Counted from the first letter of the stretch, positions 1-10,713 are shown. The stretch: 64,000 bases of DNA from Candidatus Doudnabacteria bacterium (GCA_041497195.1 JBGQGB010000001.1:279376-343375); one strand, 5' to 3'. Notes: generated by a model from the sequence alone, not told the origin. Translations and numbers: made by a program.

Positions 1-528
1 AAAGAATCCGCTCCAGACAAACCCCCTTTCCTCCTCCCAAGCCTTCACGAAAAATAGCAGACCAAGCAGAGCAAAAAAAATAAACACGCCTTCCAGCAGA
101 CCCAGTCGGCCGGTCCAAACAAAATAATTATTCAGAACCAGCGCCACTGCCGAAAAAAAAGCGATTCTCTCGTTGCCCAAACGCTTGCCGATAAAAAATA
201 CCACCAATATGCTGCCGAGTGCGGCCAAAGCCGAGGGTAGACGCGACACAACTGCCGAGACGCCCAAAACTTTGAAAAAAATATGTTGAATCAAAAAAAA
301 CAACGGCGGGTGATCATGAAACGAGAGAAAAGACCAAGCTGGTCTGTGCCCAAACCATTGCACCGGCGTAGTTTGAACGAGCGAGCCTAAATAATCAAAA
401 TAACCGACAGAACGGAACGCATAGTGCCCGTCATCGCTGAGCATATCGTGTCGGCCCAGGCGGAAAAAAATTAAAAACGCGGCCAGCACCACCAAACCAG
501 TCAAAACCTTGTTCCAGCTGAATTTCAT
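1..528 (-). CDS. ArnT/PMT-like (GT39/GT83) membrane glycosyltransferase, N-terminal part; runs off window
   Basis: Not in ORF track; hand translation from ATG at 528 gives MKFSWNKVLTGLVVLAAFLIFFRLG...SDDGHY...FHDHPPLFF...SRLPSAL; ATGA overlap with upstream stop. Confidence 0.75.
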   Translation of the reverse strand, partial: MKFSWNKVLTGLVVLAAFLIFFRLGRHDMLSDDGHYAFRSVGYFDYLGSLVQTTPVQWFGHRPAWSFLSFHDHPPLFFLIQHIFFKVLGVSAVVSRLPSALAALGSILVVFFIGKRLGNERIAFFSAVALVLNNYFVWTGRLGLLEGVFIFFALLGLLFFVKAWEEERGFVWSGFF

Positions 529-1664
529 ATAGTTTGGAAAATATGCTCCATCTGGGAGGCAATTTTGTCCCAATTATATTTCTGTTCGACCAACTCCCGA
601 CCCGCCCGAGCCAAATTTTCCCGAGAAGCGACGTTATGCAAAAGCCAATCTAATTTTTGCGCCAAATCGCGCGGGTCTTCGGGCTTACAAACCAGACCGG
701 TTACCCGGTCAGTCAAAAAATCAGGAATTCCGCCAACTTCGGTACCAACCACGGGCAAACCCGCTGCCATCGCTTCGAGAAAAGCACTACCCAAGCCTTC
801 CGAGCGGGAAGAACGGGCAAAAATAGTGGCCTGGTGCAAATACTCAGGGACTTTGTCCGGGGCAATTTCGCCAAAAAATTTTATTCGATTTTCCAGATGC
901 AAACCGTTTGCCAAAGCTCTCAAGGTCGACTCTTGCGGTCCCTTGCCCAAAATCCAAAGCTCAACGCGCTTGTCTTGCTGTTGCGCCAGAGCTTCTATCA
1001 AAATATCAACCCCGTTTTTCGGCACCAACCGCGAGACGGTAATAATTCTTACTGGATCACTTGTAATGGCCCTAGCATCACCTGGAGCGAATAATTTCAA
1101 ATCCACTCCATTTGGAACAATATGGACTGGCCCCGCCGCTCCTTCTTTCCTGGCCCAATCGGCCAGGAAAGTGCTGATTGCTTGCACAGCATCCGCGCGC
1201 CGAAACACGCCTTGCCACAGCCGTCTGAATCCGCGGACTTTACCGTGAATGTGTTCGATAGCATCCCCTTCTTGCAAAGTCAACAAAAATTTCAGGCGCG
1301 GGTAGCGCGCTAAAAATAAAGACGCGCCAGCCGCCCCGTAAGCGGCCATGATCGCCCAAACTAATTGAAACGGCTTTTGCTGATGGAGTTTTTTGGCCAA
1401 GCGTGCTGCGAAAAATGGATAAAGATACCGCCCCACGCGACCTCCAAACCCGACTCGATAGACCATCACGTTCCCAATCTGCTCGCGGGCTTTGTGACTG
1501 CGGTCAAAACGACAAGTAATAAGATGAAACTCATAAGACGGCAAACGGTCAGTGATATTCCTGACCGCCAGTTCCGCCCCGCCCACCAAGGGTTCGTAGG
1601 CCACGCTAAAAATTACGGCGCGCAATTTTACCCCGTCGGCAATTTTTGTCGCAGGAAATGCCAT
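525..1664 (-). CDS. GT4 family glycosyltransferase
   Basis: GGAE N-terminal motif, VPNGVD, SRLVPKNG, EGLGSAFLEAMAAG. Confidence 0.9.
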   Translation of the reverse strand: MAFPATKIADGVKLRAVIFSVAYEPLVGGAELAVRNITDRLPSYEFHLITCRFDRSHKAREQIGNVMVYRVGFGGRVGRYLYPFFAARLAKKLHQQKPFQLVWAIMAAYGAAGASLFLARYPRLKFLLTLQEGDAIEHIHGKVRGFRRLWQGVFRRADAVQAISTFLADWARKEGAAGPVHIVPNGVDLKLFAPGDARAITSDPVRIITVSRLVPKNGVDILIEALAQQQDKRVELWILGKGPQESTLRALANGLHLENRIKFFGEIAPDKVPEYLHQATIFARSSRSEGLGSAFLEAMAAGLPVVGTEVGGIPDFLTDRVTGLVCKPEDPRDLAQKLDWLLHNVASRENLARAGRELVEQKYNWDKIASQMEHIFQTI

Positions 1665-1710
1665 AACTGTTTATAATCAATTTCAAATGAAAGTACAGCT
1701 TTTACAAGGT

Positions 1711-2619
1711 TCATAAATCGTAGGCCTTTTTCAATTCAGCAACGGCCTGGAGGAGGTCCATCTTTGGCTGCCAACCCAGTAGCTGGCGAGCTTTTGTATT
1801 ATCCGCCAGCGTGACTGGGTATTCTCCGAGCCGCTCCTGGATATGAACAACTGGCCCACCGATGAAATGGGCAATTTCATTAATGCTATAGTTGTGGCCG
1901 GAACCGATGTTGATGACTTCTCCGCCGGAAATTTCTTTTTGCCAGGCTAAGACATTCGCTTCAACCACGTCATGGACGTGGGTAAAATCTCGTCTTTGCT
2001 CTCCGTCCCCCACTATCGTCATCGGCTGCTCTTGCTGTCGCTGCTCCAAAAAAATTCCGACTACGGCAGCGTAAGCACCTTCCGTTATCTGCCGTGGCCC
2101 ATAAACATTAAAGTAACGCAGCACGACAGTCGGCAAACCATAAAGCTGGCTGAACAGCTGACAATACATCTCACCGACCAGTTTCTGCAAAGCGTAGGGG
2201 CTGCCGGGATGATTTGATAAATGTTCTTTCAAAGGATAAGCTTTCGGATCTTGTTCGCCATAAGCTGAGGAGGAGGCCGAATAAATCACCTTCTTCACTC
2301 CGGCTTTATGCGCCGCCCACAAAACATTGAGCGTTCCGGTGATGTTGACCTTATGAGTCCTCAAGGGATCGACAATGGAAGGTTGAATCCGGGCGAGTGC
2401 CGCGCAGTGAAATACTGCCTCCACTCCGGTGAAATGGTGCGCGATTGTCTCGAAATCAGAGATATCGGCTTGGATAAACACAGCTTTGGGATTAAGATTT
2501 TCTCGTTTTCCGGTCGAGAGGTCGTCCAAAATTAAAACTTCATTGCCGTCTTGAATGAAGCGGTCAACGATGTTAGACCCGATAAACCCCGCTCCTCCTG
2601 TTACTAAGACTTTGCTCAT
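1711..2619 (-). CDS. NAD-dependent epimerase/dehydratase (extended SDR)
   Basis: TGGAGFIG, YALQK (YxxxK), RYFNVYGP. Confidence 0.92.
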   Translation of the reverse strand: MSKVLVTGGAGFIGSNIVDRFIQDGNEVLILDDLSTGKRENLNPKAVFIQADISDFETIAHHFTGVEAVFHCAALARIQPSIVDPLRTHKVNITGTLNVLWAAHKAGVKKVIYSASSSAYGEQDPKAYPLKEHLSNHPGSPYALQKLVGEMYCQLFSQLYGLPTVVLRYFNVYGPRQITEGAYAAVVGIFLEQRQQEQPMTIVGDGEQRRDFTHVHDVVEANVLAWQKEISGGEVINIGSGHNYSINEIAHFIGGPVVHIQERLGEYPVTLADNTKARQLLGWQPKMDLLQAVAELKKAYDL

Positions 2620-3419
2620 ATATCTTTTTTTAATAATCCTTGAGAACGCAATTTTTCGTTGAGGGAAATAATCGTCTCAATGAATTTAGCCGGGCTTCCT
2701 TTTTGCTGAGCATACCAAGCAAAAGTTTTGACGTCTTTGGGCAAACACTTTCCGCCGTAACCGCGGTAACCGCCGTGAAGCACGTCAAAGTGTGAATCAA
2801 CTATGCGCGGATCATGGGTCAGGCCTTCTTTTACTTGATCATAATTTGCCCCGATTTTTTGAGCGTAGTCATAAATTGTGTTAGCGAAAATAACTTTGAA
2901 AGCATAGTAACTATTGATTGTGTACTTCACCATTTCCGCAGCCTTTGCTGGAAGAATTTTTTCATAGGGCACCCTTGGTAACATTTGGAGGACCTCATCG
3001 GCGAGTCCCTGGGTCTTACCAGTAAAACCAACCAGTTGTTTGTCAGGATGGGCAAAATCTTCAACCGCTGTCTTTTCCGTGAGAAACTCGGGGCTGAAAA
3101 TTAAATTTAAATCCGGATACATTTCTTGGTACCTGTCTGTCGTGCCCGGAACCACGGTCGATTTAATTATAACGGTATGGTTTTGCGGATCGGAAATGGT
3201 TTTGCTCAAAATCGCCATGGCATCATCCATTTCTTTGAGGTCCGGGCCGTCATGGTATGGCGTGGGGACAGCCACAAAAATAAATTTTGCGCGCATCACT
3301 TCCTCTATCGGGTCAACTGGCTTGTATTTATCATAAATTTTTACCTGACTATAGTGCGCGGCCACGGCCTTGCCCACTGCCCCACCTCCGATCACGCCGA
3401 CGTCAAATTTATTGGTCAT
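2616..3419 (-). CDS. UDP-glucose/GDP-mannose dehydrogenase family, short form
   Basis: GGGAVG, VPTP, IKSTVVPGTT, SPEFL, GYGGKCLPKD. Confidence 0.85.
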   Translation of the reverse strand: MTNKFDVGVIGGGAVGKAVAAHYSQVKIYDKYKPVDPIEEVMRAKFIFVAVPTPYHDGPDLKEMDDAMAILSKTISDPQNHTVIIKSTVVPGTTDRYQEMYPDLNLIFSPEFLTEKTAVEDFAHPDKQLVGFTGKTQGLADEVLQMLPRVPYEKILPAKAAEMVKYTINSYYAFKVIFANTIYDYAQKIGANYDQVKEGLTHDPRIVDSHFDVLHGGYRGYGGKCLPKDVKTFAWYAQQKGSPAKFIETIISLNEKLRSQGLLKKDI

Positions 3420-4236
3420 ATTTTCCTCCGTTCAGCTGCAGATTGGCGGCGCGTCCAGACTCAAATAAAGACATATCGACACCCAGTTTGTTTCCTTCAA
3501 AAATCAGGGAATTTATATCTTTGGGGAAACATTTGCCGCCATAGCCACGGTATTTCTCCGCCACAGTACTTTGGAGGCTTGATTCGGTATGAAAAATCTC
3601 CCAGTGGGTTTTACCGACGCGTTTATCGGATTTGACCGCTTCCTTGACCAATTCATAATCAACACCCGCCGCTTCGCACATATCATAGATCTCATTGGCG
3701 AAAATCACTTGCAAAGCCAAAAAAGTATTCCCCGCGTATTTGATAAGCTCCGCGTCCTGCGATGGTACGATTTTTTGATAAGGAGCCGGGGGCAAAATGC
3801 TCATCAACTCTTCGACCAAGGGATTATTTTTGGTTTTGCTCGTGCAACCCATAATTTGCCGATCGTTTTTAATAAAATCCTCATTCGCGGTTTTATCACG
3901 CAAAAATTCCGGACTGAAAACAAAATTGGCGTGTGGATATCGGTCCTGGTAAGCTTGGGTGCTTCCGGGCAAAACGGTCGATTTTATTACAATTAGCTGG
4001 TTTTCGGCCTTGGTCAGGTGCGAAACTACATTAGCCACCGCATCATCGACCATAGACAAATCAAGTCTGTCGGTAAATGGGGTCGGCACGGTGACAAAAA
4101 TAAACCTGGCAGCACCGGCTTCTTCAATGGTGTCGAATTTTTTGAATTTATCGTAGACTTTGGCGCTGCGGAAAAAATTTTTGACTGCTCCGCCCACCAC
4201 CCCGCCGCCGATAATTCCGATTGTAATTTCTCTCAT
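3409..4236 (-). CDS. UDP-glucose/GDP-mannose dehydrogenase family, short form (tandem paralog)
   Basis: GGGVVG, IKSTVLPGST, SPEFL, GYGGKCFPKD. Confidence 0.85.
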   Translation of the reverse strand: MREITIGIIGGGVVGGAVKNFFRSAKVYDKFKKFDTIEEAGAARFIFVTVPTPFTDRLDLSMVDDAVANVVSHLTKAENQLIVIKSTVLPGSTQAYQDRYPHANFVFSPEFLRDKTANEDFIKNDRQIMGCTSKTKNNPLVEELMSILPPAPYQKIVPSQDAELIKYAGNTFLALQVIFANEIYDMCEAAGVDYELVKEAVKSDKRVGKTHWEIFHTESSLQSTVAEKYRGYGGKCFPKDINSLIFEGNKLGVDMSLFESGRAANLQLNGGKYDQ

Positions 4237-4289
4237 ATGCTATACTTCATTATGCAGAAAAATCACTGTTTCGTCAACCGTTACCATAA

Positions 4290-5384
4290 ATGAAAATTCT
4301 CTACATAGTAACCCAAGGAGAGATGGGCGGCGCGCAACGCTATGTTTTTGATTTGGCCGCAAATTTAAATAAAAAGGGTATGGAAACGATCGTTGCGTCA
4401 GGCACAGAAAAAACCGAACTGCAAAAACTCCTGACTCTAGCACAAATTCCGGTCCAGACTGTTTCCCACTTGCGCCGCAACATCCATCCCCTTGCGGACC
4501 TCAAGGCGATCCGGGAACTGGCAGGCTTGTATGACAGACTCCGCCCCGACATCGTGCACCTCAACAGCAGCAAGGCCGGAGTTTTGGGGAGCCTGGCGGC
4601 CTGTCTGGCTGGATATCAGAACGTAATTTTTACTGCCCACGGCTTTGCGTTTCTGGAACCGGGCGGGTGGTTAAAAAAACGCTTTTATTTTTGGGCGGAA
4701 AAATTGGCCACCAAATTTCGGGCCCGCATCATCACTGTCTCCGAGTGGGATCGAAACGCCGCTGTCCACGCCAATCTATGCGCCACGGAAAAAATCATTA
4801 CCATTCACAACGGCCTGCGCAGTCCGACTTTTTTGGACCGTGGTGCGGCCAGAAAAAAACTCGGGGCGTTGGCGGGAGAAACCTTTGCCGATTCGGATTT
4901 AATCTTAGGCTCAATTGCTCACGACTACCCGACCAAGGATTTGCCAACCTTGAAGCAAGCCTTCTTGATACTCAACAAAGGTTTCCCCAGACTCAAACTG
5001 GTTATTATCGGCCGCGGCTCACGCATTGGCCCGATCCCGGAAGCATCCCGACTACTGGCAGGTTTTGATGTCTTCGCCTTATCCTCAGCCAAGGAGGGTT
5101 TCCCCTACACTATACTGGAAGCCATGGCCGCTGGCTTGCCGATCGCAGCCACAGCCGTCGGCGGGATTCCCGAAGCGATCACGTCGGGTCGGGAGGGCTT
5201 ACTCGTACCGCCCCACAATCCCCAAGCTCTGGCTCAGGCCATCAAAAAAATTATCGCAGACCCTCAGCTTGCAAAAACTCTCGGAACCAATGCCCGAGAG
5301 CGAGTAAAAAAGTTCGGCGAGGAAAAAATGCTTGCTCAAACAACTGCCTTGTACCAGGAGCTCATTTCCCGCCCTGCTGCTTGA
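4290..5384 (+). CDS. GT4 family glycosyltransferase
   Basis: GGAQRYV, HLNSSKAG, FTAHG, EGFPYTILEAMAAG. Confidence 0.9.
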   Translation: MKILYIVTQGEMGGAQRYVFDLAANLNKKGMETIVASGTEKTELQKLLTLAQIPVQTVSHLRRNIHPLADLKAIRELAGLYDRLRPDIVHLNSSKAGVLGSLAACLAGYQNVIFTAHGFAFLEPGGWLKKRFYFWAEKLATKFRARIITVSEWDRNAAVHANLCATEKIITIHNGLRSPTFLDRGAARKKLGALAGETFADSDLILGSIAHDYPTKDLPTLKQAFLILNKGFPRLKLVIIGRGSRIGPIPEASRLLAGFDVFALSSAKEGFPYTILEAMAAGLPIAATAVGGIPEAITSGREGLLVPPHNPQALAQAIKKIIADPQLAKTLGTNARERVKKFGEEKMLAQTTALYQELISRPAA

Positions 5385-6066
5385 GCCGATTGAGTTCTTG
5401 CTGGATGCTGGCATTGTTGGGGGTGATGCTCAAAACTTTTTGAAAGGCGGTGATGGCCTGCTGCGTCTTGCCGGCCTCAGCATAAAAACTACCTAAAAGC
5501 GCGTAGAGATCGGCTGATTGCGGATTATTTTTTATCGAATCCAGCAGCAACCCTTCAGCTTTGTCGTCTGCTTTGAGATCCTGGTGGTAGAGATCGAACA
5601 AATTACGGATGGTCGGAATATCTTTGGGGTCGTTCGCCACGGAAATCAAATAATTCTGTTCGGCCTTGTCGAACTCATGCAAATCAAACTGATACAAAGC
5701 TCCCAAATTGGAAAAGGACAATGAATTTTTAGGCCGAATGATATTGGCATAAAGCCAGGCGGTTTCCGCTCCCTGTAAATCACCCAGGTGCTGCTTGGCG
5801 AGGGCGACCTGATTGAGTCCATCCAGGGTATCGTAGTTGGACTGAATGACCACATTCTTGCCGGTTTTAAACTGTTCGAGAAACACGGTTTTCTGCGCGT
5901 CAGTCAATTGCGGCGCATTGACTTTGGGGTCAGCAACAATGCTTTGCTTCATGGCATCCACATCCGGCAGGGCGGATTGTGGGGCTTTACGGAATTCCCG
6001 ATACAAAAAAAACCCAGTCCCAGCCACTAGGACGACCGCCAGCAAGATTTTAATCATTTTAGACAT
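5362..6066 (-). CDS. Membrane-anchored TPR protein
   Basis: N-terminal TM helix; TPR-like repeats (NLGALY, LLGSFY...FQKVLSITPNN). Confidence 0.75.
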   Translation of the reverse strand: MSKMIKILLAVVLVAGTGFFLYREFRKAPQSALPDVDAMKQSIVADPKVNAPQLTDAQKTVFLEQFKTGKNVVIQSNYDTLDGLNQVALAKQHLGDLQGAETAWLYANIIRPKNSLSFSNLGALYQFDLHEFDKAEQNYLISVANDPKDIPTIRNLFDLYHQDLKADDKAEGLLLDSIKNNPQSADLYALLGSFYAEAGKTQQAITAFQKVLSITPNNASIQQELNRLKQQGGK

Positions 6067-6095
6067 AGACTCAATTTAGCAAATTTGGCCCAAAC

Positions 6096-6132
6096 AAACA
6101 ACCCCCGCTTTTTATTAGCGGGGGTTGTTTGG
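6096..6132 (-). terminator. Intrinsic terminator after S-layer-like gene
   Basis: CAAACAACCCCGC-like arm paired with GCGGGGGTTGTTTG, T-rich tail. Confidence 0.7.
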
Positions 6133-6193
6133 TCTTCTACTCTGGCAAGATTTCTTAGGAAATCATATCAGAGCAAGGACTGAAGACTTACTA

Positions 6194-9100
6194 CTATCTG
6201 GACACCGTCACAGATGCAGAAGTCGGGTTCATGCCGCTGACGCGGAAACCATTGAACCACTCTTGAGTGTCGGTAGCAGTTGAAGAACTGTTACCGTAAG
6301 CAAGATCAGACCAGATGAAGTTGTTGGTGGTTGCGCTCTGACCGGAGATACCTGTTGAGGTATTGTTTCCGGTAGTCGCTCCACCAGCAGCATTAGGATA
6401 GACTGCAGTGAATGCGCTGTCGCCAAGCTGGACCGTGGATACGCTGGATCCGCTGACCGAGCCGGAAACGGTTGCTTGCAACTGGTAGGTATTGGACGTA
6501 CCAGCTGGGACGAATCGGAACTGACCGCCGTTAGTGGTGGTCTGAGCCGATGTCGAGAAGAGCAATTTCACATTCGCTACGCTATCTGAGGCCATTGTCG
6601 TGAAGGCGCGCGCGCCATCAGTCGTCAGGTCGACCTGGTTAGAGGTCCCTGGGTTCTCATAGAACTTGTACGAACCGATAGTCAACGTGCCGCTTGGCGT
6701 CGAGGTTGTCACCTGGAAGCTGGCTTTGTAGAAGCCGAGGTCACCCTTCGGATCAGCAGTAACCTTGAACTGATACAGAGTCAAGCCGCTTTGGTTAGCC
6801 AAAGTCGTGCTCGACAAGGAGACTACGCTCCAAGTCGGGACGCTCTTGAAGTCCTGGAACTGTTGACCGGTGAAGGTCCCGGACTTGTTCGCAGCTGACA
6901 ATAAGCTACCTGACGATACGCCCTTGGCGTTGTAATCGTCCTCGGCGACCGTGAAGATAATACCTTGGCCTGAGACCGCGACATTACCGTCGCCGTTGTT
7001 GTTGGTCACCAGGTTGGTATCCACCTTGATACCCAGTTTCTTGCTGCCGCCTTTCGGAATCACGAACTTGCCTTGCAAGCCCTGGAAAGTCACAGCAGTG
7101 GTACTGGTCGGGACAACGGAGGCGATCTGCGTCGAGCCGTCGAACAGGTAGACTGTGGCCACTTGCGTGGTCAGAGTGCCGCCGGTCGAGGCTGTATTAA
7201 CTACGAAGTTAATGTTTTGCAGATCGAGGTCTTCGTTGTTCGACGTAATCAAGAGGTCACCGACATCGACTTTGCTCTGACCACCGGAGAGGAGCTGGCC
7301 TTGAGACGGACTCGAGGCGTCAGCTGCCACCGTCATGGTTCCAGAGGCGACAATCGTCATGACCGCACCGTCGTTGTTGGTCACGCCGGCAGTAACTGAA
7401 GATGCTGTAACAGCACCTGTTGCCACCACTGCGGCGGAACCGTTCAAACCAAACGAGATGGTCTGAGGGTTGGAGCCAGTGACAAAATCACCCTTGAGGG
7501 TCAAAGTCACTTGGGAATTCTTGGCGACTATCACCGGATTCGTCAACGAGATGGTTGACGTAGCCGTTGTCGCGGCAGCGGCGACTGGCTGGACAATCGG
7601 CAACAATTGCGTGCTGCCATTGTACAGAGTCAAGTTTGCCACGTTGGTTTGAATGCTATTGGCCGAGGTTTTGATAACCACGTTGAATTGGGTCACGCGT
7701 ACATCTTCACCCGAGTTAGCCGCATCCAAGATAAAGTTCGCCAAAGTGAATCCGCTCGCACCGACAATCACGGATTGGGCTCCAGGAGTCGCTGAGGTCG
7801 AAACCTTCAACGCAGCAGCCTGGACACTTGCTGTATCCAAACTCACGTCAGAGGTTGGACCAGCAGTGATGCTTTGGTTGGTGACCGTACCCTTTGATGT
7901 CGCCAACGAGCTGGGAGTGCTCAACCGCATCTGGATGGTTGAGGCAGAAGTCACCGAGCTGTTGAGGTTGGCGTTGATCGTGTAGGTATTGGTCCCGACC
8001 GGGAAGATGATCGTGTCAGTGTCAGTCGCGGTATTGGTTGTCGTACTCGCGCTGACCGGACCGCCGATTACATATCCCGCAGGATCAACAATCGTGAAAT
8101 TGGTGATATTGGTCGCGTTCGCACCAGTACCAGAGAAGGTCGCTCCCAAAATCAATTGGGTGACCTGGACCGGTTCCCCTTGGACCGTGGTCTTGAAAGC
8201 ACCGATCGGCTGGTTGTTGACACCAGAGGCGATGTTCAAGTTAGCCAAGACACCTTTCGAGAAGGTGATTGATCCCTTGGAGATGGTCGTGATGTTGCTG
8301 GCATTGGAGAAGAACGGACTGGTCGTGTTCGGATAGGTCGGCAAGATATAGAAGTTGTAAGTCATATCCTGCACCACGATATCCGCCTGCTTATCAACAT
8401 CCAACTCGATATTCCGGCCAGAGCCAGAAACGATATCAAGCGAGAGGTTGAAGTCTTTGTTCGAACCGCGCGCAATCAGAATTGGGGAAGAAAGATTAAA
8501 CACTGCTTCCTTGTTCGTGAGCTGCGAAGCCGTAGCGACGACATTGCCATCGACATAGAGCTTGAGGTTCGCGACATCATTGTCAGCCGAAGTGCCGTTG
8601 TTGTAGAAACGGATGTGGCTGACCTGGACATCATCGGTGCCGCTATTGTTAGTCATCTTGAATGAGGTGACGACATAAGCGGAGGTGCCGACGTTTTGCG
8701 TGGTGGCAGACGGATTTTGGCCGCCTGAGGCCACGGTCACAGTCGCGATTGCCACGTTGCTGTTCATCGTCATGGTGTTGCCCATGATCGGGAACGAAGC
8801 GGACAGGGTCGCGCTGCCAGAGAGGGTCATACCGACGACAGCCAATTGAACCTGATCAGAAGCGTTCAAGGCGGTCGCCATATTGCCAGCCAACATGATG
8901 CTCTTGGTCGTCCCACTAAAGACCGTAATCGCATCATTGAAGGCAGCTTGGTGATTGGTGTTGAGAGATTTCTCATTGCCAATCTGATTGGCCATCCCGA
9001 CTGATGTGTTGGCCGAAACATCCAGCAAGATAACACTGCTGAAGTTGGCGTCAGTCGAAATGCCCATTCTCTGAAGGAGCAACTGACTAACCACGACGTT

Positions 9101-10087
9101 GCCACCGCTAGCAGTCAGGTTCACTTTCGTGAACGGAACGCGAGCCGCGTTCTTGACTACGGTCGCAGCGGCCGGGGTGTCAGAAGCTAGAGACACCGAC
9201 AAGTTTCCGGTCGAGCTGGTGCTCGGGGTCGGAGTTGGAGTCGGCGTTGGGGTCGTGCTGCTTGAGCAAAGATTTGCTACAGCAGTCAGACCCGAGGTGC
9301 TGCCGGATACTGGCATGGAGAAATTAAATCCAAAACCAGTGAAACAGCTAGCAGACGGGAAACCGGCTTTGGTCGTGGCAGTGACATCATAAATGGTGCC
9401 GCTGTCATTAACCAAAGTGCCGGTGCGATAAGTGGCATTGCCTTCGTTGGCAAGGGCCAAATCCGCAGCGTTCGCCGGAACGACGTCAGCAAAGGTCGCG
9501 CCCCAAGACCATAAAACGCCCGGGGAGGGAACACCCATGCGGCCAGTGGCATCGATGTACCACACGGTTCCGCCAGAAACTACGAAAGTTCCTGCCAAGT
9601 GCGCGCTAGAGGTGTCGCCAATGACGCCACCTGCTGGTACGCTGGATAGATTTCCAGAAACGACATTGGCAAAGCTGAAGCCGTTGCCAGTGAAATTAGA
9701 GGCTGAGGTAAAGCCGTGCTTCATTCCGCCAGAAACTTGGTAGACAGTGCCGCCATCATTGAACAGCACGCCGTCGCCCCAGGACTGAAGTCCCTGATCG
9801 GGCAAAGCCAAGTCCGCGGCGTTGGCTGGCACGATATTGGACCAGCTGAATCTGTTGGATTCAAACTTTTCCATTGAATCAATGCCGTTGCGTCCGCTCG
9901 CACTATCATTAATGCGCCAGACGGTTCCGCCAGAAAGCACCAATGTCCCCGCCGGATGAGCTGAGTCAGCGGCTACTGGTAGAACCAGAAACGCGCCGGC
10001 AGCCCACATCACGGTGGAGATTGCTAAACCCGCAGCAAAGACCTTTTTTGCAAAAGATCTATTAGGTTTTTGCATTTTGTGCTCCAT
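6194..10087 (-). CDS. Large secreted S-layer-like / cell-surface protein
   Basis: Signal peptide, repeated GTLV..GGTVW/Y N-terminal modules, PT linker, S/T/A/N-rich beta-type body, three consecutive stop codons, long leader. Confidence 0.7.
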   Translation of the reverse strand: MEHKMQKPNRSFAKKVFAAGLAISTVMWAAGAFLVLPVAADSAHPAGTLVLSGGTVWRINDSASGRNGIDSMEKFESNRFSWSNIVPANAADLALPDQGLQSWGDGVLFNDGGTVYQVSGGMKHGFTSASNFTGNGFSFANVVSGNLSSVPAGGVIGDTSSAHLAGTFVVSGGTVWYIDATGRMGVPSPGVLWSWGATFADVVPANAADLALANEGNATYRTGTLVNDSGTIYDVTATTKAGFPSASCFTGFGFNFSMPVSGSTSGLTAVANLCSSSTTPTPTPTPTPSTSSTGNLSVSLASDTPAAATVVKNAARVPFTKVNLTASGGNVVVSQLLLQRMGISTDANFSSVILLDVSANTSVGMANQIGNEKSLNTNHQAAFNDAITVFSGTTKSIMLAGNMATALNASDQVQLAVVGMTLSGSATLSASFPIMGNTMTMNSNVAIATVTVASGGQNPSATTQNVGTSAYVVTSFKMTNNSGTDDVQVSHIRFYNNGTSADNDVANLKLYVDGNVVATASQLTNKEAVFNLSSPILIARGSNKDFNLSLDIVSGSGRNIELDVDKQADIVVQDMTYNFYILPTYPNTTSPFFSNASNITTISKGSITFSKGVLANLNIASGVNNQPIGAFKTTVQGEPVQVTQLILGATFSGTGANATNITNFTIVDPAGYVIGGPVSASTTTNTATDTDTIIFPVGTNTYTINANLNSSVTSASTIQMRLSTPSSLATSKGTVTNQSITAGPTSDVSLDTASVQAAALKVSTSATPGAQSVIVGASGFTLANFILDAANSGEDVRVTQFNVVIKTSANSIQTNVANLTLYNGSTQLLPIVQPVAAAATTATSTISLTNPVIVAKNSQVTLTLKGDFVTGSNPQTISFGLNGSAAVVATGAVTASSVTAGVTNNDGAVMTIVASGTMTVAADASSPSQGQLLSGGQSKVDVGDLLITSNNEDLDLQNINFVVNTASTGGTLTTQVATVYLFDGSTQIASVVPTSTTAVTFQGLQGKFVIPKGGSKKLGIKVDTNLVTNNNGDGNVAVSGQGIIFTVAEDDYNAKGVSSGSLLSAANKSGTFTGQQFQDFKSVPTWSVVSLSSTTLANQSGLTLYQFKVTADPKGDLGFYKASFQVTTSTPSGTLTIGSYKFYENPGTSNQVDLTTDGARAFTTMASDSVANVKLLFSTSAQTTTNGGQFRFVPAGTSNTYQLQATVSGSVSGSSVSTVQLGDSAFTAVYPNAAGGATTGNNTSTGISGQSATTNNFIWSDLAYGNSSSTATDTQEWFNGFRVSGMNPTSASVTVSR

Positions 10088-10402
10088 TGCAAAGATATTG
10101 ATTTAATTGTTCAATTGATACAATCAAATCCAAACCTATTGCAAATTAACTTGATAATTACTCATTTTTAATTCTCGCCCTCGGAAAGATGAGGCTGTCC
10201 TTGACTGGGGTTTTTTAGATTATCGACCTAAAATCTAAAATCCATGCCAAGAAAGGCCTTTTCACAAAGGCTCCCAAATTCAAAAAAATATTGATTTCTC
10301 TTCTCGCTTCATCTGTGCTTTATCAGACGGAGGATTGATAGAAACCGTTACAATATTACGCCACAATCAAACCTTTGGCGCAAGTGAAATTAACCTGCAG
10401 TC

Positions 10403-10432
10403 ATTATATGGGGAAACACAAAAACCAGTCAA
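10403..10432 (-). promoter_or_regulatory. Sigma70 promoter of S-layer-like gene (about 310-nt 5' UTR)
   Basis: TTGACT-18-TATAAT on minus strand. Confidence 0.55.
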
Positions 10433-10642
10433 ATAAGCCAAGTTTATTCAGGCGGAGTTTTTCCTCACCCCACATACGACTTTAGCTAGTGTGGACAAAA
10501 TCCAATGAAAAAAGGCTTATGAAAAGCCTTCTATGGCAGCTAGGCTAATTTTCCCCAAAACTTCTGTCGCGCTATAGTCGTCAGCTAGAGCCAAAAATGA
10601 AAATCTGTTTTGGTCCTTCCATACATAATCTGAGATTGCCTC

Positions 10643-10713
10643 AGCGGGTAGGGAGAATCGAACTCCCCGCATCAGCTTGGAAAGCTGAGGTATTACCACT
10701 ATACGATACCCGC
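10643..10713 (-). tRNA. tRNA-Gly(TCC), CCA not encoded
   Basis: GCGGGTA acceptor, TCAGC-TTTCCAA-GCTGA anticodon arm, GTTCGATTC T-loop. Confidence 0.95.

Noticed and set aside
9221-9256. Short tandem-like repeat
   Set aside because: Ordinary Pro-Thr linker codons in the S-layer-like gene.
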